In this document: positions 51,644 through 60,544 of the stretch, piece after piece
How the letters are laid out: every line of letters starts with the position of its first letter
Numbering within the stretch: position 1 is the first letter of the stretch
From: an uncultured bacterium
GTDB taxonomy: Bacteria; Babelota; Babeliae; Babelales; Babelaceae
Length of the DNA: 64,000 nt
Direction: 5' to 3'
NCBI GenBank assembly: GCA_963819815.1
Contig: CAWFXL010000001.1
Location: 544,001-608,000, forward strand
Translations under genes and position numbers: made by a program
The notes under the pieces: model-generated
What the model saw: the letters and a program-made list of their open reading frames with translations, nothing else
Databases searched by the model: none
What the model was told of the DNA's origin: nothing

Positions 51644-52996
51644 ATGAACAAGATACTCGGTATAGCTCTAATCCTCCTACCTGCACCTCTTTTTTGTATG
51701 AATAGATCATACGTACTCGAACAACATGAAATCGTACCGCTTCCGCAGATTCAATTTGATGATGAAGGTCATTTTAAAGAAGATAAAGATCTGGCACTTT
51801 TTCTAGTACAAGCCATCCAAGCAGGGGCCATTCCAAAAGACTTTGATGGAATAAAGAGAATAAAGCGTCTGTCAAAAGAGCTCCTAGAAGCACGATATGC
51901 CTCAGAACAATTGTGGTTAGTAGACTGCATGAACGATACTTCATTTATACTTAAAGAAATAAAGGAAGAAAAGGAACCGCTTGAAGAAATTAAACGGCTT
52001 GAACAAGCGCGCACAGACTCTCGACTTCAGCCCTATGTCGGGCCATGCTCACAGGAAAATCTGCAATTGATTTTTCCGGCCAGTTGTATTTCTTACACCC
52101 AATGCCAACGAAAACATATCATGACACTCCTGCCCAAAGCACAGGGGCTACTCTTGCAATCACTCATGGAAGATTTTGAAAAAAGTCCAAATGACCCACA
52201 GGTGTGTAAATGCGCGTGCAAAGCTTACTATGATCTTGGGGCTGCAATGGCAAAGTTCTATAAGAACTTTGGCACTCTTGATGCAACCATAAGTCACAAA
52301 GATCTTCATCAGGGAAATATTTTCTATGATGAGAGCGATGGTCTTATAAGTTTGATCGACAATGAGCGAATAGTGCAAACTCTTGAATGCACAGAAGATA
52401 TAAGCTGCGATCTCGGGTTTTTATTTGTTACATCACCCTTTATCTTAGCTTGGACCTATGGAGATTTTCTTCAACGCTTCCCTGCGAAAAAATGGTATGA
52501 AATCGTGCTGCCCAGTTTTGTTATCGGTTTTATGCGAACCTATGAAAATCGGGAACGAGCGGAGGTGTTCAGCAAGTTGAGTACACTCTTATGCAGGTTC
52601 AATACCACGGTCAATGCTGGTGACTCAACCTCAATAAGAAGTATCATAGAAGAGATACTCAAAGACATGTACCTACGGTTCCAAGAGGGAAAAGCAGCAG
52701 TACATATAGCGGCAAGCAATCCTGATCTAACTGCTCTTGTAAAGATTCTCATCCAAGAAAAAACAAGAGGATTAGGTAAAAAAGATAGCGCGGGCAATAC
52801 GCCTTTACACGAAGCAGCCTACTTTGGTTGCACTGATTCCGTTGCACTTTTAATAGCAGCAGGATGTGATGTATGGGCATGTAATGATAATCAAGAAACT
52901 CCTCTATTCAAGGCGGAGTTTGCGAACCATCGTGAAATTGTCAAGCTTATAAAAAGGTCCGCAACTCAAACCAGCTCATCTGAAAATCAACAGTAA
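51644..52996 (+). CDS. Secreted kinase-like + ankyrin protein (paralog without macrodomain)
   Basis: Colinear with aa 1-440 of the upstream gene; HKDLHQGN, LIDNE, GNTPLHEAA. Confidence 0.85.
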   Translation: MNKILGIALILLPAPLFCMNRSYVLEQHEIVPLPQIQFDDEGHFKEDKDLALFLVQAIQAGAIPKDFDGIKRIKRLSKELLEARYASEQLWLVDCMNDTSFILKEIKEEKEPLEEIKRLEQARTDSRLQPYVGPCSQENLQLIFPASCISYTQCQRKHIMTLLPKAQGLLLQSLMEDFEKSPNDPQVCKCACKAYYDLGAAMAKFYKNFGTLDATISHKDLHQGNIFYDESDGLISLIDNERIVQTLECTEDISCDLGFLFVTSPFILAWTYGDFLQRFPAKKWYEIVLPSFVIGFMRTYENRERAEVFSKLSTLLCRFNTTVNAGDSTSIRSIIEEILKDMYLRFQEGKAAVHIAASNPDLTALVKILIQEKTRGLGKKDSAGNTPLHEAAYFGCTDSVALLIAAGCDVWACNDNQETPLFKAEFANHREIVKLIKRSATQTSSSENQQ

Positions 52997-53196
52997 TGGC
53001 ACCGTATGTTAAAAGTCAGGGTAATTTTTAGGAGTTTTTGGTCAAAAGTCAATCATTCTCCGAAATACGATACCCCCCTATAAGAATATCCTCCTCACAA
53101 TCAACCACTCACAGCTTCGATTATGCACAACCAACAAAACTCTTACGTTTTACCCTCCAAATCAGGTAAAGTACTCAAAAGAAGGAGTACATTCCC

Positions 53197-54117
53197 ATGA
53201 AAATCGGCGTCATCGGATTAGGCAAGATGGGTGGACCTATTGCTAAGAAACTCAACGCAATGGATAGCGAGCTTGTAGTTTTTGATGCCAATCCAGCAGT
53301 GCTCCAAGAATATGCTAATGAAGGGTTTGTGGTCGCTCAGAGTATTTCCGACCTCAGTGCTCGTTCAACAATTATTTGGGTTATGGTCCCACAAAGCGTC
53401 CTTGATTCTGTTCTTGATCACCTTTGTGCTTGCACAGAACCAGAAACCGTCATCATTGATGGAGGAAACAGTTTTTATAAAGATAGCATACGTAGAGCTC
53501 TCGATCTTGAAAAAAAGCATCTTGCTTTCCTAGATTGCGGAACTTCAGGAGGCCTTTGGGGAGCTGACCATGGATTTAGTTTAACTATTGGTGGGAAAAA
53601 AGAGGTCTTTCAAAAGGTTGAGCCCGTCTTTAAGCTGCTTGCTGCCTCTTCTACCTCCTATGCTTTAGTTGGCCCAGCTGGAGCAGGACACTATGTAAAA
53701 ATGATTCACAATGGTATTGAGTATGCACTCCTTGAATCCTATGCCGAAGGATTTAATATGCTGCGCAATGGTGCGTATAAAGATCTCGACCTTGCTGCCA
53801 TTAGTACCACCTGGATGTCAGGCGCTGTCATTCGCTCCTGGCTGCTTGAGCTTACTCGCGAGATACTCGTACACGACCAACGACTTGATACTATTAAAGG
53901 ATCAGTGGGAGAGCATGGCATGGGACGATGGACCGTTGAAGAAGCTGAAAAGCTTTCACTTCCTGTTCCCGTCATTAAAGAATCGGTAGAGGTACGAGAA
54001 TGGTCTCGACAAACAGGTGGAGATTTTAGAACGAAGCTTATTGCCTGTGTACGCCATGCCATGGGTGGCCACAAAATCCTCCAGGAACATTGCGAAGGCT
54101 GCCAGGAGGTTCAGTAA
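53197..54117 (+). CDS. gnd: 6-phosphogluconate dehydrogenase (decarboxylating, short form)
   Basis: GLGKMG, IIDGGNS, DCGTSGG, GHYVKMIHNGIEY. Confidence 0.95.
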   Translation: MKIGVIGLGKMGGPIAKKLNAMDSELVVFDANPAVLQEYANEGFVVAQSISDLSARSTIIWVMVPQSVLDSVLDHLCACTEPETVIIDGGNSFYKDSIRRALDLEKKHLAFLDCGTSGGLWGADHGFSLTIGGKKEVFQKVEPVFKLLAASSTSYALVGPAGAGHYVKMIHNGIEYALLESYAEGFNMLRNGAYKDLDLAAISTTWMSGAVIRSWLLELTREILVHDQRLDTIKGSVGEHGMGRWTVEEAEKLSLPVPVIKESVEVREWSRQTGGDFRTKLIACVRHAMGGHKILQEHCEGCQEVQ

Positions 54118-55559
54118 TGGCCTATACATACGACCTTATTGTTATTGGAGGAGGTCCTGTTGGGCTTATCTCCTCTAAGATAGCTGCGGGCTTTGGAAAA
54201 AAGGTTGCACTCATTGAAAAGGAACGCTTAGGTGGAGATTGCACCATCACCGGCTGTGTCCCTTCAAAAACCCTCATAGCTCTTGCTAACTATATCCACT
54301 ACGCTCAAGATCTAGCACCGTTTAACTGCAACTTTTCTGCAGCATGCCTTGATACAAGCAAGGTACTTGAGCATGTACATCAGATAGTCGAAGAGATCTA
54401 TGCAGGACATACTCCTGAGCTCTTGCAACAACAAGGCATCGAAGTGATATTTGGAGAGGCATCTTTCATCGATCAGCATACGATTTTAGTGAACGGTAAT
54501 AAGCTCACTTCACACAGCTTTGTTATTGGAACAGGATCAAGACCCTTCGTTCCCCCGATAGAGGGATTAGATTCAGTTCCCTATCTTACCAACAAAAACT
54601 TTTTTGATCTTACTTCACTCCCTAGATCACTCCTTATCTTAGGAGGAGGACCAATCGGTATCGAACTCGGTAGCTGCTTACAACGCCTTGGTACCCAAGT
54701 CACTATCATCGAACAAAATGAGCGAATTCTTCCTCGCGAAGAAGAGGAACTGGTTATACTCCTGAGTAAGAATCTGCAAAAAGATGGTGTCATACTTAAA
54801 ACAAGACATAAGGCTATCAAGGCATTTGAACAAGATGACCAGATAACTCTTGAATGTCTTGATAGCAACCAGAACAAGGTCATCGTATCCGCTGAGAAAC
54901 TTCTTATCGCCGTCGGTCGTCGCCCAAACATAGAAGGGCTTAACCTTGAAAATGCCGGTGTAGCTGTTACACCCAAAGGAATCACGGTATCTCAAACTCT
55001 TCAAACAACTGCAAAAAACATCTATGCAGCGGGAGATGTGGTAGGACCTTACCTCTTTAGTCACATGGCTGAATATCAAGCTACCATCGCCACACGCAAT
55101 GCTCTCATTCCTTTCTTTAAGAAGAAAGTTGATTATAGACAAGTCGTCTGGGTTACGTTTAGCGATCCTGAGTTAGCATCATCCGGGCTTACCGAGCAGG
55201 CTGCAAAAGAGCTCTATGGGGATCGTATTAAAGTTTATCGTTCCTCATATGCACAAAGTGATCGTCCCCGAACTGATGGACGCACAGAAGGTATGGCAAA
55301 ATATATTTGTGATAGTAAAGGGTACCTCATAGGAGCACATATTTACGGAGCGCGCGCTGGAGAACTCATAGCTGAGCTTCAGGTAAGCAAATATTATCGC
55401 ATCAAACTAGCATCTTTATATCAGGTCATACATCCCTACCCTACCTACAGTGCCATCACCTGGCAGGCAGCAAAAAAAGCCTATATAGAGTCTCTGCAAA
55501 ATCAGTGGTTTCTCAAGCTGGTACGAAAGCTCATGGGCTATTTTAAAAGAAATAGATGA
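54117..55559 (+). CDS. FAD-dependent pyridine nucleotide-disulfide oxidoreductase (Lpd/MerA-like family)
   Basis: GGGPVG, GGDCTITGCVPSK, GGGPIGIE, AAGDV, HPYPT. Confidence 0.9.
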   Translation: MAYTYDLIVIGGGPVGLISSKIAAGFGKKVALIEKERLGGDCTITGCVPSKTLIALANYIHYAQDLAPFNCNFSAACLDTSKVLEHVHQIVEEIYAGHTPELLQQQGIEVIFGEASFIDQHTILVNGNKLTSHSFVIGTGSRPFVPPIEGLDSVPYLTNKNFFDLTSLPRSLLILGGGPIGIELGSCLQRLGTQVTIIEQNERILPREEEELVILLSKNLQKDGVILKTRHKAIKAFEQDDQITLECLDSNQNKVIVSAEKLLIAVGRRPNIEGLNLENAGVAVTPKGITVSQTLQTTAKNIYAAGDVVGPYLFSHMAEYQATIATRNALIPFFKKKVDYRQVVWVTFSDPELASSGLTEQAAKELYGDRIKVYRSSYAQSDRPRTDGRTEGMAKYICDSKGYLIGAHIYGARAGELIAELQVSKYYRIKLASLYQVIHPYPTYSAITWQAAKKAYIESLQNQWFLKLVRKLMGYFKRNR

Positions 55560-55886
55560 GCCAAGCATGGTCTTGAGCCCAGACTCTGCTTAAAACGGAA
55601 TCCCCATTAAAGCAGTCCTTCTCTCTATCAATTTATTACATGTGCACCTCTTACAAGACCACCTCGTCAACTTTTGTCTTTTGGTGTATTGTAAAGCCCT
55701 ATACTCCGCCAACTCTTTCATTTCGTTATAAAACTCATAGAGATGGACTTCCCGTACTTTGGATGACGACTATACCTTTAAAGACTTTTTAGAGCTAACA
55801 TAACTCAATTTGCCTAAAGCACCTCTTTTGATTTACACTAGTGCTACTATTATCGCACCCTCTTACATAGTAAGGAGATTCTCTTT

Positions 55887-56132
55887 ATGATGAAATACAT
55901 CTCTTCTCTTGCATTATGCAGCATACTTCTGCTTGTTACTGCATGCGGTGGCAAAAGATGTGGCAGCGGTTGCTGTCCAACCACCACCACCCGTATAAGC
56001 ACAGATTCAAGTACTGTAGTGGTACATGACGGAGGTAGAACACCTCATGAACAAACCATTATGGTTACTGGACCTTCTGATAAAGAGGCTCTTGAAGAAG
56101 CTGAGCTTGAAGAAGTAATGACCAACAAGTAG
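55887..56132 (+). CDS. Small Cys-rich lipoprotein
   Basis: RBS AAGGAG; lipobox VTAC followed by GGKRCGSGCCP. Confidence 0.7.
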   Translation: MMKYISSLALCSILLLVTACGGKRCGSGCCPTTTTRISTDSSTVVVHDGGRTPHEQTIMVTGPSDKEALEEAELEEVMTNK

Positions 56133-56164
56133 ATTCCTTAGCCCTCTGAGAGCGAGAAAGCACT

Positions 56165-57895
56165 ATGGAGCAACGATCTCTCCGTGATGGGGCAAAATAT
56201 ATCTGGCAACTGCCTGAGCAATCATCTCAGGCAGTTCTTGATTTGGCACTTTCATACAATATTTCAGTACCTATTATGCATACTCTGTATTCACGGGGTA
56301 TGACATCAAAAGAAGAGCTCGATCGGTTTCTCTTTAGTACGTCTGAACGTGACGTTACCCATGCCAGCCATTTAAAGGATGCTGAGAAGGCTGTTGAGCG
56401 AATTCTTAAAGCCATACAAAATAAAGAAAAGATTCTCATCTGTGGCGACTATGATGTCGATGGTATTACCTCTTCAGCAATGATGATGACCTGCTTACTC
56501 CCCTTAGGTGCGCAGATCAACTTTTTTTTGCCGCACAGGGTCCATGATGGATACGGACTCTCAGCAAAAACAGTCCAACGGGCTGCACTGAATAACTACA
56601 AAGTACTGGTCACCGTCGATAATGGTATTAGCGCTTTTGAAGCTGCTTTCGAAGCCAAGAGGCTAGGGCTTGATCTGATCATTACCGATCACCATAAACC
56701 GCATGCAGAGCTACCGATTGCACTTGCTATTATTAACCCTCATCAAGACACCTGCCCCTATCCCTACAAAATGTTTGCCGGTGTCGGCGTCATCTTTAAA
56801 ATTATGTCTCTGCTGTATGAGCGCATACAAAAGGAGCTGCCTCCAAAGGTATATGAGCTGCTTACCTTAGGTACCATTGCCGACGTCGTTCCCCTGACGG
56901 GAGAAAATCGCTTTTGGGTACGGCATGGACTGCATCTGGTAAACGCCCATGAAAGCCTTGCAATGCGCGTGCTTAAAAAGAATGCGCGCTTTATTAAACC
57001 TGCAGTATCATCACTTGATATCGGCTTTTCCTTAACACCACAACTCAATGCTCTTGGCCGTCTTGAAGATGCACGTGATGGGGTTGCGTTTCTTATTGGT
57101 CAGGATGAAGCTCGAGTAGAACGGATCGGCACGATATTAAAAGAGCTCAATGAAGCACGGAGATTTATTGAGAAAAAGATATTTCAGGACGTTGATGAAC
57201 AGATTCAGACCAAAAAAATTGATCTTGATAATGAGCGTATTATTATTGCCTCATCTTCACAGTGGCAACCTGGTGTTATTGGCCTTGTTGCCTCTCGCTT
57301 AGTGGGTGCCTATAATAGACCGGCAATATTACTTTCGATCACCAGCCAATCAATAGCAAAAGGATCCTGTAGATCTGTTCCTGGATTTAATATGTTTGAC
57401 GCGCTTTCAGAACATAAAGATCTGCTCACCACATTTGGTGGTCATGCCCAGGCTGCAGGACTTTCCTTACCTCTTGAACGGGTCCCTTTATTAAAAGAAC
57501 GTCTTGAAAAAACGGTACGCGAACGAATACCGACCTTTCAAGCAAAGGCAACCTTAGAGCTCGATGCAGAAGTGCGCCTTGAAGAGGTCAACAAAAAACT
57601 CATAGATGATCTTGCGAACTTAGAACCTTTTGGAAATGGTAATACAGAGCCTAAGTTCTATATAAAAGATGTGAGCCTCATTGAAGCACCAAAGCTCCTT
57701 AAGGATGCCCATACGAAGCTCATGGTATTTAGTCAGGGAACTATTAAACCGGTTATCTTTTTTAATAGGCCCGACGTCTACGAAACTCTTTTAAAAAATG
57801 GCGACCAGTCCTTTTCCCTAGCAGTACAAGCCACTGAGAACCATTTTAATGGACGGGTATCGGTGGAACTTCAGGGCGTGGATATCGCTCTATGA
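56165..57895 (+). CDS. recJ: ssDNA-specific exonuclease RecJ
   Basis: GDYDVDG, DGYG, TVDNG, TDHH, GTIADVVPL, GGHAQAAG. Confidence 0.97.
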   Translation: MEQRSLRDGAKYIWQLPEQSSQAVLDLALSYNISVPIMHTLYSRGMTSKEELDRFLFSTSERDVTHASHLKDAEKAVERILKAIQNKEKILICGDYDVDGITSSAMMMTCLLPLGAQINFFLPHRVHDGYGLSAKTVQRAALNNYKVLVTVDNGISAFEAAFEAKRLGLDLIITDHHKPHAELPIALAIINPHQDTCPYPYKMFAGVGVIFKIMSLLYERIQKELPPKVYELLTLGTIADVVPLTGENRFWVRHGLHLVNAHESLAMRVLKKNARFIKPAVSSLDIGFSLTPQLNALGRLEDARDGVAFLIGQDEARVERIGTILKELNEARRFIEKKIFQDVDEQIQTKKIDLDNERIIIASSSQWQPGVIGLVASRLVGAYNRPAILLSITSQSIAKGSCRSVPGFNMFDALSEHKDLLTTFGGHAQAAGLSLPLERVPLLKERLEKTVRERIPTFQAKATLELDAEVRLEEVNKKLIDDLANLEPFGNGNTEPKFYIKDVSLIEAPKLLKDAHTKLMVFSQGTIKPVIFFNRPDVYETLLKNGDQSFSLAVQATENHFNGRVSVELQGVDIAL

Positions 57896-58575
57896 TAGTT
57901 ACCATCGATGGGCCAACTGCCTCCGGCAAATCTACCGTAGCTCGTGAGCTGGCCAAAAGACTCGGCATTACCTATATAAATTCAGGTCTTTTATTTCGCG
58001 CTTTGGCCTATCTTGCTGAAACAAAGCATCTTACCCTAAATTCAGAGTCACTGAATCATATTCTCACCTTAGGCAAAGAAAGCATCCTCCGTTACTGCTA
58101 TACTCAAGAACAAGGTGCTCAGGTATTTTACCAGGATGAAGATATCACCCCCCTACTTAAGACACCTTCAATGGACCAGCTAGCCTCCAAGATAGCTCTT
58201 GACCCTCAGGTACGAGAAGTCATAGCCCTCTATCAACAAAAGCTAGCTCAGACTCATAGTGTGATTGCTGAAGGTCGGGATTGTGGTACGGTTATATTTC
58301 CCCAAGCTGACTACAAATTCTACATCACCGCAAGTCTTGATGTGCGTGCTCAGCGTTGGCAAAAGGATCAGGAAAAAAAAGGTGCTCACTATACACTCAA
58401 AGAGAGTAAGCATTTCGTTGAAGAACGGGATACAAGAGACTCTGAAAGAAGTCTTGCTCCTCTTGCTATCCCAGTAGGAGCGCAGGTCATAGATACAAGT
58501 ACTATGACTATTGGCCAAGTTATTGACACTTGTTTAGCCTTCATCAAGCAAATGAACGACACCGAACTCGATTAA
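57892..58575 (+). CDS. cmk: Cytidylate kinase
   Basis: IDGPTASGKST, EGRDCGTVIFP, RDTRDSER. Confidence 0.95.
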   Translation: MIVTIDGPTASGKSTVARELAKRLGITYINSGLLFRALAYLAETKHLTLNSESLNHILTLGKESILRYCYTQEQGAQVFYQDEDITPLLKTPSMDQLASKIALDPQVREVIALYQQKLAQTHSVIAEGRDCGTVIFPQADYKFYITASLDVRAQRWQKDQEKKGAHYTLKESKHFVEERDTRDSERSLAPLAIPVGAQVIDTSTMTIGQVIDTCLAFIKQMNDTELD

Positions 58576-58634
58576 CATAAGAACGACTTAGGTTGCTCTT
58601 TTTGCTTTTAATGTCAAAACACCGCCTTTTCCCG

Positions 58635-58779
58635 TGACATGAAATTGCCCTTTTCCCAATTTCATGTCAAATTTTTCATCCACTTATCTTGACATGAAAT
58701 TGGATTTTTCCGAGTTTCACGTCAAACCCATCACCTATTTTTCTTGACGTGAAATTGACTTTTTCCGCATTTCATGTCA
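58635..58779. repeat. Three 35-bp palindromic units at exact 55-bp period
   Basis: Units start at 58635, 58690 and 58745; consensus TGACRTGAAATTG-N9-nnnTTTCAYGTCA; a degenerate extra half-unit ends at 58616. Confidence 0.92.
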
Positions 58780-58783
58780 AACT
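58755..58783 (+). promoter_or_regulatory. Promoter embedded in third palindrome
   Basis: TTGACT(58755-60)-N17-CAAACT(58778-83) with TG at 58775-76. Confidence 0.55.
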
Positions 58784-58811
58784 ATATCTCATAAGAAAGA
58801 AAGGAAATGAT

Positions 58812-60251
58812 ATGTCACTTCCCTTTATTGGACGCAAAAAAGAGCTCGCCACTCTTGAGAAACTCTTAAAAAAGAGTGTTGCAAGCCTGGTAGTTGTCAA
58901 AGGCAGGCGCAGGATAGGGAAAAGCCGCCTCATCCAAGAATTTGCAAAAAAATATACCTTCTACCAATTTAGTGGGCTGCCCCTCACTCCAGAAACTTCT
59001 ATTCAATCTCAGCTAGATGCCTTTGCATTACAGTTAAGCGAACAAACAGGTCTTCCAAAAATTCAGGCCAATGATTGGAGTAAACTTTTTCATTTGCTAG
59101 CGGACAAAATTAAAACAGGAAGAATTATTGTCCTTTTTGATGAAATTTCTTGGATGGGATCAAAAGATCCAGACTTTCTCGGAAAATTTAAAAATGCTTG
59201 GGACATCTATTTCAAGAAGAACAATAAACTCATCTTCTTTCTCTGCGGTTCAGTATCATCATGGATTGATAAAAATATTTTAGCGAGCACAGGGTTCGTA
59301 GGAAGAATTTCCTTTAGACTTACCTTAGATGAACTCCCTTTAAATGAGTGTAACGAATTTTGGACACACAAAGATAGCCTCATTTCACCCTATGAAAAAT
59401 TCAAAATACTTTCTGTTACCGGAGGCATTCCACGCTATCTGGAGGAAATAGATACCTCACTTCCAGGCAATGAAAATATCAAAGATCTGTGCTTCTCACC
59501 AGGAGGTCTTCTTGTACATGAATTTCACGATATATTCTCAGATATATTTGGTCATCGGACTGGAATCTATAAAAGAATTGTTGAAGCTCTCGCAAATGGA
59601 CCCTTAGATGCAAAAAAAATATGTAAGCTCTTAGGAGTCACCTATACAGGAACCCAAAATGAATACTTAGATGATCTTGTCGCGTCTGGTTTTGTAAAGA
59701 GAGACTACACATGGCACTTCTCTACCGGGAAAATCTCGCGATTCAGCCAATTTCGATTAAGCGATAACTACGTACGCTTTTATCTTAAATACATTGATCC
59801 TGTTTTACCAAAAATTGAAAATCATACTTTTGATTTTGCCTCTCTCAGCGCACTTCCCGGATGGGAAACAATTAAAGGCTACCAATTTGAGAATCTCGTT
59901 TTAAAAAACAGGCGCTTCTTGAGAGAGTGTTTACACCTCAACCCTAATGATATTATCGCAGATAATCCCTTTTTCCAGCGAACAAGTGAGGAAGTCCCTG
60001 GTTGTCAAATCGATTACCTTATTCAAACTAAATTTAGAGTACTTTATGTCTGCGAGTTTAAATTTAGTAGTCAACCGGTTGGCACGAGGGTTATACGGGA
60101 AATGCAAGAAAAGATACGGAGACTATCATACCCTAAAGGATTTTCTATTCTGCCAGTTCTCGTACACGTTAACGGCGTCGACGACGAGGTCCTTGGCAGT
60201 GGATTTTTTGCAAACGTTATCGATTTTTCGCAAGCTCTTACCCAGGGTTAG
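58812..60251 (+). CDS. AAA+/STAND-like ATPase (COG1672 type) with probable wHTH and C-terminal PD-(D/E)XK domain
   Basis: FIGRKKEL, Walker A GRRRIGKS, Walker B VLFDE, LCGS, TGGIPRYL, QIDY...VCEFK; ATG 58812 after AAGGA. Confidence 0.88.
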   Translation: MSLPFIGRKKELATLEKLLKKSVASLVVVKGRRRIGKSRLIQEFAKKYTFYQFSGLPLTPETSIQSQLDAFALQLSEQTGLPKIQANDWSKLFHLLADKIKTGRIIVLFDEISWMGSKDPDFLGKFKNAWDIYFKKNNKLIFFLCGSVSSWIDKNILASTGFVGRISFRLTLDELPLNECNEFWTHKDSLISPYEKFKILSVTGGIPRYLEEIDTSLPGNENIKDLCFSPGGLLVHEFHDIFSDIFGHRTGIYKRIVEALANGPLDAKKICKLLGVTYTGTQNEYLDDLVASGFVKRDYTWHFSTGKISRFSQFRLSDNYVRFYLKYIDPVLPKIENHTFDFASLSALPGWETIKGYQFENLVLKNRRFLRECLHLNPNDIIADNPFFQRTSEEVPGCQIDYLIQTKFRVLYVCEFKFSSQPVGTRVIREMQEKIRRLSYPKGFSILPVLVHVNGVDDEVLGSGFFANVIDFSQALTQG

Positions 60252-60544
60252 CATATCTTCGAAAGTATAGAGTTTTTTACTGAGTTCATGAAGAACTACC
60301 AATTATCACTTGCCAATAAGAAAATGCATCACAGGCATAACTACAATAGCCAATCAATAAGTTTGTATTTTTGATTCATGGAAAAGGAAAGAAAACTTAT
60401 ATCAGTTCTTTGAGAACCTTTGATTTCTTCTTCTAGTAGAGTGTTTCTAATCTTTCCCTCAGCCAAGGAAAGATGATCTTCCCACTTTTTTCCTTCCCCG
60501 AGGGAAAGAGGGCTCAATATTTCGCTTACGAGCCTCTCAATCGA

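Noticed and set aside
54117..55559. Mercuric reductase merA
   Set aside because: No N-terminal HMA domain, no C-terminal Cys-Cys pair and no mer operon; kept as a generic family member.
58635..58779. CRISPR array call for the palindromic repeats
   Set aside because: Only three units; the 20-bp linkers are short and resemble each other; repeats vary internally; no cas genes are in the window.
60450..60540. Long imperfect hairpin (TTTCCCTC...GAGGGAAA) as an ncRNA
   Set aside because: It lies between convergent genes just after lysS and is most simply a terminator-region structure; no family features.
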